DNA of 64,000 nucleotides from Candidatus Bathyarchaeota archaeon (GCA_026014815.1 JAOZHP010000077.1:6819-70818); one strand, 5' to 3'. Shown: positions 28,208 through 38,302, numbered from the stretch's first letter. Program-made: numbers and translations. The notes: generated from the letters alone by a model not told the origin.

Positions 28208-29099
28208 AACAACTGAGCAACTGAACCCTGCATCGAAGGGGATAGACGAGAAGCCCATCAGGGAGATACTTGAAATCATCAACACCGAGGACTCCAAGAT
28301 AGCTGAAGCCATCAGAAAGGAGCTACCACAGATCGAGAAAGCGGTGGAGGCAATAGTGAACACTGTCAAGTCTGATGGAAGAGTCTTCTTAATGGGCGCA
28401 GGGACCAGTGGCAGACTGTGCATACTTGAGGCGTCCGAGATACCCCCCACCTTCGGCATCGACCCCGAGGTCATTCAGGGGGTAATAGCGGGCGGACTTG
28501 ACGCCCTACACGGGTCAGTGGAGACAGCGGAGGACCAATCCAATAAGGCTTGGAGCGATCTCCAGAGCCGAGGCTTCAACCAGCGTGACCTCCTAATGGC
28601 TCTATCAGCCTCAGGAAGTACTCCCTATGTGCTCGGCGCAGTGAAAGCCGCCAAAGAAATCAAAGCTAAGACCATAGGGGTGGCATGCAACAAGGGCACT
28701 CCACTGGGAGAGTTAGCTGACATCTCGGTCGAGCTTATAGTGGGTCCCGAGGTGGTGGCTGGCTCAACACGGATGAAGGCTGGGACTGCCCAGAAGATGG
28801 TGCTCAACATGATGAACACCTCAGCTATGGCAAAGCTGGGTCTTATCCATGATGGCTACATGGTGGGTGTTCAGGCATCCAACATTAAGCTCATGGACAG
28901 AAGCACCCGCATAGTGTCCAATATCGCTGAGATTAGCTATGAAGAAGCTCGAAAAGCCCTTGAGATCACCAAATATGACGTACGTGTTGCTTTACTCTAT
29001 GTCATGACAGGAATGACGATAGACGAGGCGAGAACCGCACTGAGCGACTGGAGGTCAGTAAGAGATGTTCTCAGGAAGAAAGGTGGCAATGTTGAGTAA
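28200..29099 (+). CDS. murQ: N-acetylmuramic acid 6-phosphate etherase (MurQ, SIS domain)
   Basis: GRVFLMGAGTSGRLCILEASEIPPTFG and SASGSTPYVLGAVKAAKE match MurQ-conserved blocks. About 300 aa. Confidence 0.85.
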   Translation: MSRTTEQLNPASKGIDEKPIREILEIINTEDSKIAEAIRKELPQIEKAVEAIVNTVKSDGRVFLMGAGTSGRLCILEASEIPPTFGIDPEVIQGVIAGGLDALHGSVETAEDQSNKAWSDLQSRGFNQRDLLMALSASGSTPYVLGAVKAAKEIKAKTIGVACNKGTPLGELADISVELIVGPEVVAGSTRMKAGTAQKMVLNMMNTSAMAKLGLIHDGYMVGVQASNIKLMDRSTRIVSNIAEISYEEARKALEITKYDVRVALLYVMTGMTIDEARTALSDWRSVRDVLRKKGGNVE

Positions 29100-29147
29100 C
29101 GTGAGGGGATATTATTATTTCTACAAGGCAGAAAGGAGGCATCTGCC

Positions 29148-30314
29148 CTGAGAGTCACGCCCGGAATAGATGTACTTCTAAAGGACCCGGATAAGCACCT
29201 CGGGCAAGCTAACATAGGTCTCGTCACCAATCCGACTGGTGTGACCAACGGGCTTGAGTCCACCATCGACGCGTTGCACAGATGCTCCAAGGTAAATCTT
29301 AGAGCCGTGTTTGGGCCTGAGCATGGAGCGAGAGGCGACGCGCAGGACGCTCTCAAGGTGTCTGGCCACGTGGACGCGTACACAGGGCTCCCTGTTCATA
29401 GCCTGTATGGTGATCACGAGAAGCCTACCGTTGAGATGCTGGAAGGCCTCGAAGCTCTGGTTTTTGATATACAGGATTGTGGCGCCCGGTTCTATACCTA
29501 TGTTTCAACTCTCACTCATTGCATGGAGGCTTCAGCAGAGCATGGCATACGTGTTGTTGTCCTTGATAGGCCCAACCCTTTGAACGGAGACGCGACCGAA
29601 GGCAACATATTGAAACCCGGTTTCAGGTCCTTCATCGGGTTACACCCAGTCCCTATCCGTCACGGCCTAACTGTCGGTGAGCTTGCCCAGTTCATCAATC
29701 AAGGTATCCAGTGTGATCTTCACGTGGTCGAGATGGAGGGATGGAGACGCGGAATGTGGTACGACGAGACCAGTTTACCGTGGATTCAGCCCAGCCCTAA
29801 CCTGCCCTCCCTTGACACAGCGACAGTGTACCCCGGCACATGCTTCTTCGAGGGAGTGAACGTCTCCGAGGGTAGAGGAACAACGCGGCCCTTCGAGTAC
29901 ATCGGTGCTCCATGGATCGATGGCAGAAGCTGGGCAGAGACCCTCAACAACACAGGTCTCCCCGGGGTGTGTTTCCGGAGCAGCCACTTCACCCCCACCT
30001 TCTGGAAATTCAAGGATGAAAGATGCGGAGGCGTACAGGTCCACGTAGTTGACAGGAAGTGTTTCAGACCAATGGAGACGGGTCTCCACCTTTTAACGAC
30101 GTTAATTCAGCTCTACCCGGACACTTTTAGCTTCAACGAGTCATCCTACGATAAGCGGCGCCACTTTGATCTCCTAGCAGGTACAGACACTCTAAGAGCA
30201 GACCTAATGGCCGGTGTCTCAGTCGAGGAGATCATGGCCTCCTGGATGCCTGAACTGGAGGAATACCGGGAGAAACGTAAAGAGCATCTGCTCTATGGAG
30301 GCGACGATGAATGA
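29148..30314 (+). CDS. namZ: DUF1343-family exo-beta-N-acetylmuramidase (NamZ/YbbC-like); start is non-canonical (CTG 29148 with AGGAGG 8 nt upstream, or ATA), as no ATG/GTG/TTG is available
   Basis: GIDVLL...IGLVTNPTGV, FGPEHGARGDAQDA, FDIQDCGARFYTYVST, LDRPNP and GRGTTRPFEYIGAP are all DUF1343 blocks in order. The frame is closed by the murQ TAA 16 codons upstream, and the first GTG (29241) lies inside a conserved block. Confidence 0.75.
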   Translation: MRVTPGIDVLLKDPDKHLGQANIGLVTNPTGVTNGLESTIDALHRCSKVNLRAVFGPEHGARGDAQDALKVSGHVDAYTGLPVHSLYGDHEKPTVEMLEGLEALVFDIQDCGARFYTYVSTLTHCMEASAEHGIRVVVLDRPNPLNGDATEGNILKPGFRSFIGLHPVPIRHGLTVGELAQFINQGIQCDLHVVEMEGWRRGMWYDETSLPWIQPSPNLPSLDTATVYPGTCFFEGVNVSEGRGTTRPFEYIGAPWIDGRSWAETLNNTGLPGVCFRSSHFTPTFWKFKDERCGGVQVHVVDRKCFRPMETGLHLLTTLIQLYPDTFSFNESSYDKRRHFDLLAGTDTLRADLMAGVSVEEIMASWMPELEEYREKRKEHLLYGGDDE

Positions 30315-31465
30315 GTGATAAAAAAACTTTCAGGGGAACCCTGGTGACACCCTTCAAAGTCATAAACGATGGGCAACTGGAGTTAGAAGGAGTCACCATA
30401 ACCTACGCTGGGCCCAGAAGAACGACATCAGGCAAGGTAAAAGATTACGGTGACAACATCATCACACCGGGGTTCATCGATATCCATATCCACGGCGGAG
30501 CCGGGTACGACGCAATGGACCCTGAACAAGAAGCCCTAAACAAGATCTCAGAGTACCTAGCAGGTGGGGGAGTGACAGGTTTCCTCGCCACAACCCAGAC
30601 CGCCCCACTCATCCAGACCCTAAATGCACTCAGAAGGATACGTGACGCAGTAAAAGCCGGAACCACCGGCGCTAAGCTTCTTGGGGCACATATGGAAGGA
30701 CCGTTTATCAGCCCTGTGAAAAAGGGGGCACAGCGAGAGTCTTCCATACGTTCACCTACAATCAATGAAATCGCTGAGGTGCTCCAAGTCTCAGATGGGG
30801 CGCTCAAGATTGTGACTCTCGCCCCCGAGGTAGAGGGAGCCGTCGAGGTTATCAGATGGCTCGCGGATCATGCTGTCGTTGTCTCCGCTGGGCACACTGA
30901 GTCGTCATACGAGGAGGCGTGTGAGGCGATCGATGCAGGTCTATCTCATATGAGTCACTTCTTTAACGGTATGCGGGGCTTCCATCACCGTGAACCCGGT
31001 GTAGTGGGTGCAGGCCTCATCGATGACAGAGTTACGGTAGAGCTGGTTGCCGACGGGCTTCACGTCCACCCCGCCGTACTCAGGCTCGCAGCTGTAGCCA
31101 AGGGGCCAAGCATGGTCGCCCTTGTCTCTGATTCAATAAAACCCGCTGGTCTACCTGACGGTGAGTATCAGATAGATGGCAGAACTTTGATTTTAGGGGG
31201 TGGATTAGTCAAGCTTCCCTCTGGGGTGATAGCCGGTAGCTCAATTCGACTGAACGACGCCGTGAGGAACATGGTGAACGTGGGGCTCCCATTATCGGAT
31301 GCTGTTCAGATGGCCACCGACACCCCTGCGAGGATTCTTGGGCTCACACCAAGAATGGGAAGACTTGAACCGGGAAGCGACGCCGATATCGTTGTCATGG
31401 ACCAGACTTACCGGGTTCTAGAGACCTTGGTGGACGGTGAAACCGTTTACAGGCTGAGTGACTAG
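30311..31465 (+). CDS. nagA: N-acetylglucosamine-6-phosphate deacetylase (NagA)
   Basis: GFIDIHIHGGAG, GAHMEGPF, SAGHTESSYEE, SHFFNGM, ALVSDS. ATGA overlap with namZ. TAG stop. Confidence 0.85.
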   Translation: MSDKKTFRGTLVTPFKVINDGQLELEGVTITYAGPRRTTSGKVKDYGDNIITPGFIDIHIHGGAGYDAMDPEQEALNKISEYLAGGGVTGFLATTQTAPLIQTLNALRRIRDAVKAGTTGAKLLGAHMEGPFISPVKKGAQRESSIRSPTINEIAEVLQVSDGALKIVTLAPEVEGAVEVIRWLADHAVVVSAGHTESSYEEACEAIDAGLSHMSHFFNGMRGFHHREPGVVGAGLIDDRVTVELVADGLHVHPAVLRLAAVAKGPSMVALVSDSIKPAGLPDGEYQIDGRTLILGGGLVKLPSGVIAGSSIRLNDAVRNMVNVGLPLSDAVQMATDTPARILGLTPRMGRLEPGSDADIVVMDQTYRVLETLVDGETVYRLSD

Positions 31466-31468
31466 GAG

Positions 31469-32659
31469 ATGAGAGACACTTATCGTAAGGTCACGGAGCT
31501 CCGAGAAAGAGAAACCAGAAGAATAATAGGGCTTATGTCAGGGACATCGGCGGACGGAGTCACCGCTGCACTCACAAGGATCACCGGAGCAGGGGAGCAA
31601 GCAACCATCAAACTCGAAGGATACAAGACATACCCCTACCATGACGAGGTACAACAACGCCTATTTACTCTATTCAACCCTAAGACAGGAACCGTAAGAG
31701 ACGCCTGTGAGCTGAACTTCGTCATCGGGGAAGCATTCGCGGACTCCGTTGAACGCATCTTGGCGGACACAGGGATCAATGTTAGCGACGTAGACCTTAT
31801 CGGCAGTCACGGTCAAACGATATGGCATCAACCAAAAACTAACCTAGTCGCAGGGCACAGTACACGTTCCACGCTTCAGATAGGTGAACCAGCAGTCATC
31901 TCATTCAAAACAGGTCTCCCAGTTATCGCTGACTTCAGGAAAGCAGACATCGTGGCTGGGGGCGAAGGCGCACCACTAACACCCTACCTCGACTACGTTC
32001 TCCATAGAGACCCCAAGGCAAATAGGGTACTGCAGAACATCGGGGGAATCGCTAACCTGACATACCTACCCAGCGGTGGATCACTTGACGACATAGTTGC
32101 ATTCGACACTGGACCGGGGAATATGATCATCGACGCAGTCGTGAAGAGGTACACGGGAGGCAGTCACGATGTTGATGGGGCTATCGCGAGACGCGGCGAG
32201 GTCCACCCTGTTCTTTTGGACAAACTATTGTCTCATATCTATTTCGCGTCGCGTGCTCCAAAGACCACTGGCAGGGAGATGTTCGGGGAGCATTATGCTG
32301 ATGAGATCATAAAGCAGGCCAAGAAGATGAGGGTATCCATGGAAGACGTGGTTGCCACTATCACGGCGCTGACCTTTGAATCAATAGCTCAGGCATACGA
32401 GACCCATCTACCCGGAGATGTTGACGAGATATACGTCTCAGGTGGTGGAGCGAGAAACCCTGTGCTCATGGAAGGCCTCAGGGATCGACTTGAGGCTCCC
32501 GTATACGAATACTCAGCCCTAGGGTTCCCTAGTGAGGCGAAGGAGGCGGTTCTCATGGCGTTGCTGGCGAACGAGCACGTGATGGGGGTCCCATGTAACG
32601 TACCTTCGGCTACCGGAGCCCAATCGAGAGTTGTTCTAGGTTGCTTAACATGGGTCTAA
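31469..32659 (+). CDS. anmK: Anhydro-N-acetylmuramic acid kinase (AnmK)
   Basis: IGLMSGTSADGV, DLIGSHGQTIWH, ADFRKADIVAGGEGAPL, FDTGPGNMIID. 396 aa. Confidence 0.85.
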   Translation: MRDTYRKVTELRERETRRIIGLMSGTSADGVTAALTRITGAGEQATIKLEGYKTYPYHDEVQQRLFTLFNPKTGTVRDACELNFVIGEAFADSVERILADTGINVSDVDLIGSHGQTIWHQPKTNLVAGHSTRSTLQIGEPAVISFKTGLPVIADFRKADIVAGGEGAPLTPYLDYVLHRDPKANRVLQNIGGIANLTYLPSGGSLDDIVAFDTGPGNMIIDAVVKRYTGGSHDVDGAIARRGEVHPVLLDKLLSHIYFASRAPKTTGREMFGEHYADEIIKQAKKMRVSMEDVVATITALTFESIAQAYETHLPGDVDEIYVSGGGARNPVLMEGLRDRLEAPVYEYSALGFPSEAKEAVLMALLANEHVMGVPCNVPSATGAQSRVVLGCLTWV

Positions 32660-32692
32660 CCGTTAAATCCTGAATGCACACATATTCTCTAG

Positions 32693-33898
32693 GTGAATGT
32701 TTTGGATAGTGCAGCTCTCAAAGAGGCCATCAAGAGGATCGATGAGAACAGGATAATCGACCTCGCGAAGCAACTCGTCAGTATCCCCAGCGTATCTGGA
32801 GACGAGAAAGCGGTGATGCATAAAGCTCGTGAGATACTTGAGGAGGCCGGGATCACAGTAGAGTTCCATGGCTCAGAGGAACGCCCAGTGATCAACGCCG
32901 TGATAAACCCGGACGCAGACAAGCTCCTTATATTCAATGGGCATCTCGACGTAGTACCCATTGCTAGGCCAGAAGCGTGGACCAAGAAGCCCTGGGACCC
33001 TGTAGTCGAGGATGGACGTATCTATGGAAGAGGTGCAAGCGACATGAAGAGCAGCTGCGCCGTGATGATCCACATCCTAGAGATTCTAAAAGACATGGAC
33101 CTACCAATCGCGGTTGGTGTACACCTTGTCCCCGACGAGGAAAGAGGAGCCAACGCAGGCTCAAAGATTCTGGTCGAAAAGATCAAGAATGCTGAGATGA
33201 GGCGACCAGACTACGTGGTCATCGGTGAGCAGAGCAACCTCAAGGTCAGGGTCGCTGAGAGAGGTATGTTCGGTTTTCAGGTCAAGTTCTATGGAAGAGC
33301 GGCTCATACAGCCGCGTCTAGGACCACAGGGATCAACGCCATCGCTAAGGCAAGCAAAGGAGTCCTCGCTCTTGAACACCACATCGACAAGTTCCATGAA
33401 TGGATAGGGCACCCCATGCAGAGCGTCAACATCATCGAAGCAGGGCTCGTCAGCAACCAAGTACCCGCAGAGTGCACCATCACCGTGGACAGGCGCCTCA
33501 TCATAGGTGAGACCGCAGACGACGCCGTCGCAGAGGTCAAGGCGGACCTCGATAAAGCAGGTGAAGGAGACCCTGACTGGAATTGGGAGATCGTCGCCGA
33601 CAAGGACGAGAAAGGGAACTGGGTCTACACGCCAGCCAACTACACTCCACCCGACAGTCCTCTAGGCCAAGCCTTCATGAAGGCGGTCCCAGCTGCTTTG
33701 GGCATTAAACCGGAGATCTACGTAGAGTGGGCGGGCAGCACAGACGGACGCCTCTACAGACATGAAGGCATCCAGACAGTGGGCTTCGGCCCCATCGGGA
33801 AAGGAGCCCACGGACCAGACGAGTTCGTCTACGTGGACAGCCTCATCAAGGCAGCTAAGGTGTATCTTTCCCTCGCCTTGGAGCTTTCCGGGGCGTAA
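32693..33898 (+). CDS. M20-family metallopeptidase/deacylase (ArgE/DapE-like), last gene of the amino-sugar cluster
   Basis: GHLDVVP, GRGASDMKSS and the EERGANAGS metal-ligand blocks of M20. GTG start immediately after GGTGA. Confidence 0.7.
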   Translation: MNVLDSAALKEAIKRIDENRIIDLAKQLVSIPSVSGDEKAVMHKAREILEEAGITVEFHGSEERPVINAVINPDADKLLIFNGHLDVVPIARPEAWTKKPWDPVVEDGRIYGRGASDMKSSCAVMIHILEILKDMDLPIAVGVHLVPDEERGANAGSKILVEKIKNAEMRRPDYVVIGEQSNLKVRVAERGMFGFQVKFYGRAAHTAASRTTGINAIAKASKGVLALEHHIDKFHEWIGHPMQSVNIIEAGLVSNQVPAECTITVDRRLIIGETADDAVAEVKADLDKAGEGDPDWNWEIVADKDEKGNWVYTPANYTPPDSPLGQAFMKAVPAALGIKPEIYVEWAGSTDGRLYRHEGIQTVGFGPIGKGAHGPDEFVYVDSLIKAAKVYLSLALELSGA

Positions 33899-34039
33899 CC
33901 CGCCTCATATCCTTATTTCCAATGTCTCAGCTACTTTCTCAGGAACTCAATGTACTCGGTGTTAACCGAGTCAAGGGTTTTCAAGAGCTCAAAGACCTGA
34001 TAAAAATCGATTCCATGGCTGCTCATAAGCTCCTCATGG

Positions 34040-34333
34040 TCATTCACCCAACGCCTTTTCCCTTCTCTGCTTGATTCTGAGGTACTCTTCAGCTAGCTGC
34101 CTCATCTGATCGATGTTGAACTCTGGGTGTTTCGCTTTGACGTGTTTCTTGGCTTCCATGAACTTGGCGGTGAAGTTTTCAAGGCTCTCCTCTGGGTCCC
34201 TTGTGATTATTCCCTTGGCGGTTCTGCTGAAATAGGCTACTTTATGCTTGCCCTCGGTAATTCTTTTGATGATAGATGCTGTAAGGCGTGGCTTGAATGC
34301 ATAACGGTGGATCAAGTGGATACAGGTGATCAC
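34040..34333 (-). CDS. Hypothetical small basic protein
   Basis: 97-aa ORF with a charged C-terminus (QMRQLAEEYLRIKQRREKALGE). Confidence 0.3.
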   Translation of the reverse strand: MITCIHLIHRYAFKPRLTASIIKRITEGKHKVAYFSRTAKGIITRDPEESLENFTAKFMEAKKHVKAKHPEFNIDQMRQLAEEYLRIKQRREKALGE

Positions 34334-34431
34334 TCACTCTTCACAGGTGAAATAGTCTCGTCCAGAAGAGACGAGTCAAAGAAGAAACAGGTTCTTGACA
34401 TAAAGGTTTACTATGGATGAGGAAAGAGGCT

Positions 34432-36054
34432 TCACTCCTCTGGAGTGCTTTTCTCCGCGATAGCCTCCACTAGGTTCATGGCTAGCTGCCGGTTGTCCTC
34501 TACACTTATCCATGGTTCCATGAGCCACGTGATGTCCGCGATGGCCACAACGGTGGTGTTTCCTTTCTCCAGCATCGCCACTGTGGGGTACAGGCCCACT
34601 TTCTCAGAGACGCTGTTCTGGGTTCCCCAGATTGCATACGCGGCGTCGCTGTCGGTGATGCTTATGTGGCCTGCGGTGAAGAATATCAGTTTCTCAAGGT
34701 CCTCTGTGAGCCACGAGTCCTCGAACTGGATTATCTCTATGTTTCTATAGAAACCGTAGTATCTATCCACATTGTAGAGGTAACCCTTACCGAAATGGAG
34801 TCCCCAGTGGTTGGCGAGGCTATTAATGGGTCCCAACATAGCGGAGGTGCTGAGGAACTCGACGCTGGCGTCGCTCAAGAAGACAAGCATGTTACCGTTA
34901 TCCACGAACTCCTTGATGGTCTGGTACTCCTCATAGCTATAGCTCTCAGTGGGCGCCACTATGAAGAGGCATGTTGCATAGTCAAGTGCTTTCTCGATGT
35001 TTTCCCACTCTGATCCATATCCAACGAACACGTTTCTCTTGGATAATTCTTCTGTTATTGAGTCCAGTATCCATGGACTCACCTTGTTACCATGGCTCAG
35101 ATCCACCACGACTTGTCCAAGTCTCTCCATTGTATCTGTCTCGTTTTCCTCGGAATCGTACAATGTCGGTATGGGTTCCCCGTTCTCCATGTAGATGACG
35201 TTGGGCATGTAAAGGAAATAGAGGGCTGGTGGTGGGTTCGCCTCATTAAGCTCGTTGATGGATGGGTATTTTTCGCTTATGCTTACGAAGTCGTCAGCTA
35301 CCCGTGCTACAAGGCTCTCAACCTCGTAGGACTCTAGCCCCGTCAAATTCGCCGCGTAGCTTAACGCGTTCTGGCGGCTGCCTATTTCATCTACGATCCC
35401 ATGGTTCACCGCCTCGGCTCCCAGAAAGATCGAGCCTCGCTTCAGGTCATTTAATTCGATGTTCAACCGGTCACCCCTACCCTCCACTACTGCTCCAGCG
35501 AAGCTGTCGAGGGCGCTAGTGATATTGAATGGGAACAGCGCTGGGCTGAACCCTGTGATCTTATGAGGACCTGTCTCGAATGTGGACTCGCTGGGTACTA
35601 GGAACCCTGGACCCACGCCTATCACGCCAACGTTCCCCACCATGGCCGCTGGTAACGCAAAGATTTGATCAGCGGACACAGCCAAGTAGTATCCTCCTGA
35701 CAATGCGAGGTGTGCAGAGGCGACTACTGGCTTCGTTTCCTTGAGTTTAAGGATGTCTAGGTACACCTGCTCTATCAAGTAAGCTGAACCACCGGGTGAA
35801 TCGATCTCTAGCACCACCGCTTTTACGTCGTCATCGTCTATTGCTTCCTGCACGGCGGCTGAGAGTATCGATGCGTACTCGGAGTCCTCTATGACTCCAT
35901 GTATCTCGATGACTCCGATGATTCCTTTCTTAGTTGTAAGGATGATGTTGGACTCTGGTTCCCAGAAGTAAAGTGACGCCATGCTGACTATCATTATTAC
36001 CGAGATCAAAGCGAAAGCGACGGTGCCTTTGTTGCTCTTAACCTTCTCCATCAT
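34432..36054 (-). CDS. sppA: Signal peptide peptidase SppA-like (S49 family) with N-terminal membrane anchor and an extra C-terminal domain of about 250 aa
   Basis: N-terminal TM helix. VKAVVLEIDSPGGSAY and ASAHLALSGGYYLAVSADQIFALPAAMVGNVGVIG are the S49/ClpP-fold core blocks. 540 aa. Confidence 0.65.
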   Translation of the reverse strand: MMEKVKSNKGTVAFALISVIMIVSMASLYFWEPESNIILTTKKGIIGVIEIHGVIEDSEYASILSAAVQEAIDDDDVKAVVLEIDSPGGSAYLIEQVYLDILKLKETKPVVASAHLALSGGYYLAVSADQIFALPAAMVGNVGVIGVGPGFLVPSESTFETGPHKITGFSPALFPFNITSALDSFAGAVVEGRGDRLNIELNDLKRGSIFLGAEAVNHGIVDEIGSRQNALSYAANLTGLESYEVESLVARVADDFVSISEKYPSINELNEANPPPALYFLYMPNVIYMENGEPIPTLYDSEENETDTMERLGQVVVDLSHGNKVSPWILDSITEELSKRNVFVGYGSEWENIEKALDYATCLFIVAPTESYSYEEYQTIKEFVDNGNMLVFLSDASVEFLSTSAMLGPINSLANHWGLHFGKGYLYNVDRYYGFYRNIEIIQFEDSWLTEDLEKLIFFTAGHISITDSDAAYAIWGTQNSVSEKVGLYPTVAMLEKGNTTVVAIADITWLMEPWISVEDNRQLAMNLVEAIAEKSTPEE

Positions 36055-36159
36055 ATACCCTCGTTACCTTCAAGCATGCTTGTGGCGTTTAAAGATGTTT
36101 CACCTCGATGACAAGTTTTTAACCCTTGCATCGTGATACAGTCTTGTTCTGGTGAATAA

Positions 36160-37047
36160 ATGACTATTAATATTTTACCCGGTGAACCGGAGGCGTTCAG
36201 CCTCTTCGGAGAGCCGTTATACCGGCTGCCTCTCCGACCTGAGGTCTTTGAACAGCAGGAGAAGCTCTACGTTGAAGCCCTCAAGAACTGGGAAGCAGAC
36301 CCCGAGGACCCTAATAACATCATCTGGTTAGGTAGACGTACAGCTTACCTTGGTAGGTACCGTGAGGCTATCGCTATCTTCACCCACGGAATAGAGAAAC
36401 ACCCTAAAGATCCAAAATTCCCAAGGCACAGAGGCCACAGGTTCATCACAATAAGACACTTTGAGAGAGCCGTCGAAGACTTTGAGAAAGCCGAGGAACT
36501 CATGTTGAAGAAACCCGACGAGATAGAACCGGACGGCCTACCCAACCCGAGGGACATACCGGTGAGCACACTCTACTTCAACGTGTACTATCATCTTGCC
36601 CTCGGACACTACCTATTAGGAGACTTCGAGAAGGCGTTAGACGCCTACTTGAAATGCCTCAAGGTAAGTGACATCGACGACAAGTATGTGGCTACAGCTC
36701 ACTGGACCTATATGACTCGCAGGATACTCGGCGACAAGGCAGAGGCAGAGAAGCTGCTACCAAGGGTCACCCCGGAGATGGATATAATCGAGAACCATCA
36801 CTACCATAGCTGCCTCCTCATGTACAAGGGAGAGAAAACTCCCGAGAAGCTCATAGAGGAAGCATGTGTGGAGGGCGCTCTCGGTTTAGTAACCACGGGC
36901 TACGGCGTCGCAAACTGGTACAACTACAATGGGGAGAAGGACAAGGCAGTTGAGATCCTTCGTGAGATCGTTGCCTTGGAGGGGTGGGCAGGGTTCGGTT
37001 ACCTAGCAGCCGAGGCTGACTTGAAGCGCCTAGGCGTATCCCCTTAA
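36160..37047 (+). CDS. TPR-like helical repeat protein
   Basis: Repeated 34-residue-like units, for example AYLGRYREAIAIFTHGIEKHPKDP and ALGHYLLGDFEKALDAYLKCLKV. Confidence 0.4.
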   Translation: MTINILPGEPEAFSLFGEPLYRLPLRPEVFEQQEKLYVEALKNWEADPEDPNNIIWLGRRTAYLGRYREAIAIFTHGIEKHPKDPKFPRHRGHRFITIRHFERAVEDFEKAEELMLKKPDEIEPDGLPNPRDIPVSTLYFNVYYHLALGHYLLGDFEKALDAYLKCLKVSDIDDKYVATAHWTYMTRRILGDKAEAEKLLPRVTPEMDIIENHHYHSCLLMYKGEKTPEKLIEEACVEGALGLVTTGYGVANWYNYNGEKDKAVEILREIVALEGWAGFGYLAAEADLKRLGVSP

Positions 37048-37060
37048 CCCATTTTTCGTA
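37048..37060. terminator. Short T-run between convergent genes
   Basis: CCCATTTTTCGTA sits between the TAA of 36160..37047 and the TAA of the minus-strand MFS gene. Confidence 0.3.
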
Positions 37061-38302
37061 TTATTCTCTGATGAAGACCATCAGCCCAAGTATCGCAAAG
37101 CTAGCTAATGCACCGCTGTAGATGCTGCTAGCCCAAAGCCCCTGATTCTGCCAGAGGATACCCACAAGAGTGTTGGACACGAAGAAAGCTGAGCCCACCA
37201 CAAGGTAGTAGACGCCATAAGCGGTGCCCCTGAGGCTGCTGTCAACATATCCGGGTATAAGGGCGCGTTGAACCGTCTCAACAATTCCCATGTATACACC
37301 GAAAACAGCCGCGATGAAATAGGCCGATGCCACTGAACCCGGAATCAGTGCTAAGAACAGAGTCGTCACGAGGAAAACCCCGTACCCCGCTACCAGAACC
37401 TTCTCTTTCCCGATCCTATCTGAGAGTCTCCCAGCGGGAATAGCAATGATGGTATGTGTCACATTCACAACTGCATATACCACTGGTATTAACGCGTCGC
37501 CCACCCCCATCTCCCTCGCGTTCAACAAGATGAAGCTGAAGTTGAACGCCCCTAGACTGAACAAACCAACAAAGCAAATTAGTCGCAGGAAACGACCTCT
37601 GACCACATCTTGAAGACCTTCAAGGAACCTGAACTCACCGCCTTCTCCTCCTATGATCTCTTTGACGCCGAACAATATGATGAGGAGGGCTATGCTTCCG
37701 GGGAGCAGTGATAGCCAGAACACATCCCTGACTGTCCAGCCCAGAAACACCATGACTGCTGTCGCCATCATAGGTCCAATGATGGCGCCCGTCTGGTCCA
37801 GGGTCCTGTGAAGCCCGAAGGCTTCGCCCCTACGTGCCTCGGAGACCGAGTCACTGATCAAGGCGTCTCTGGGGGCGGTCCTAATGCCTTTCCCGACTCT
37901 ATCAGTGACGCGGATCACGAGTGCATGTGCCACCGTTGAGGCTGCGGCGAAGAAGGGTTTAGCGATATTTGAGATACCGTATCCAACGATGATGAAGACC
38001 TTTCTCTTCCGGAATTTGTCGCTCATTATCCCGGAGACGGCTCTCAGCATGTAGCTCAATGCCTCAGCGATGCCCTCGATGAGTCCAAGGGTGGCCACTG
38101 AACCACCTGGCAGTCCAAGTATGAACATGGGGAGTATACTGAACACCATTTCACTGGACACATCGGTGAAGAAGCTTACGAGGCCCAGCCTTACAACGTT
38201 CTTGAACTCGCCCTCATCCTTCGTCATACCACTCACTTTATCATTGGATGAGATAAGGTTTCGACCGGTTTCAGATGGTCTTAAACATTCAAATCCATAC
38301 AC
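37061..38302 (-). CDS. Major facilitator superfamily (MFS) transporter
   Basis: 413 aa with about 12 TM helices. MFS loop motif GxxSDRxGRR-like: GRLSDRIGKEKV. Confidence 0.7.
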   Translation of the reverse strand: MYGFECLRPSETGRNLISSNDKVSGMTKDEGEFKNVVRLGLVSFFTDVSSEMVFSILPMFILGLPGGSVATLGLIEGIAEALSYMLRAVSGIMSDKFRKRKVFIIVGYGISNIAKPFFAAASTVAHALVIRVTDRVGKGIRTAPRDALISDSVSEARRGEAFGLHRTLDQTGAIIGPMMATAVMVFLGWTVRDVFWLSLLPGSIALLIILFGVKEIIGGEGGEFRFLEGLQDVVRGRFLRLICFVGLFSLGAFNFSFILLNAREMGVGDALIPVVYAVVNVTHTIIAIPAGRLSDRIGKEKVLVAGYGVFLVTTLFLALIPGSVASAYFIAAVFGVYMGIVETVQRALIPGYVDSSLRGTAYGVYYLVVGSAFFVSNTLVGILWQNQGLWASSIYSGALASFAILGLMVFIRE

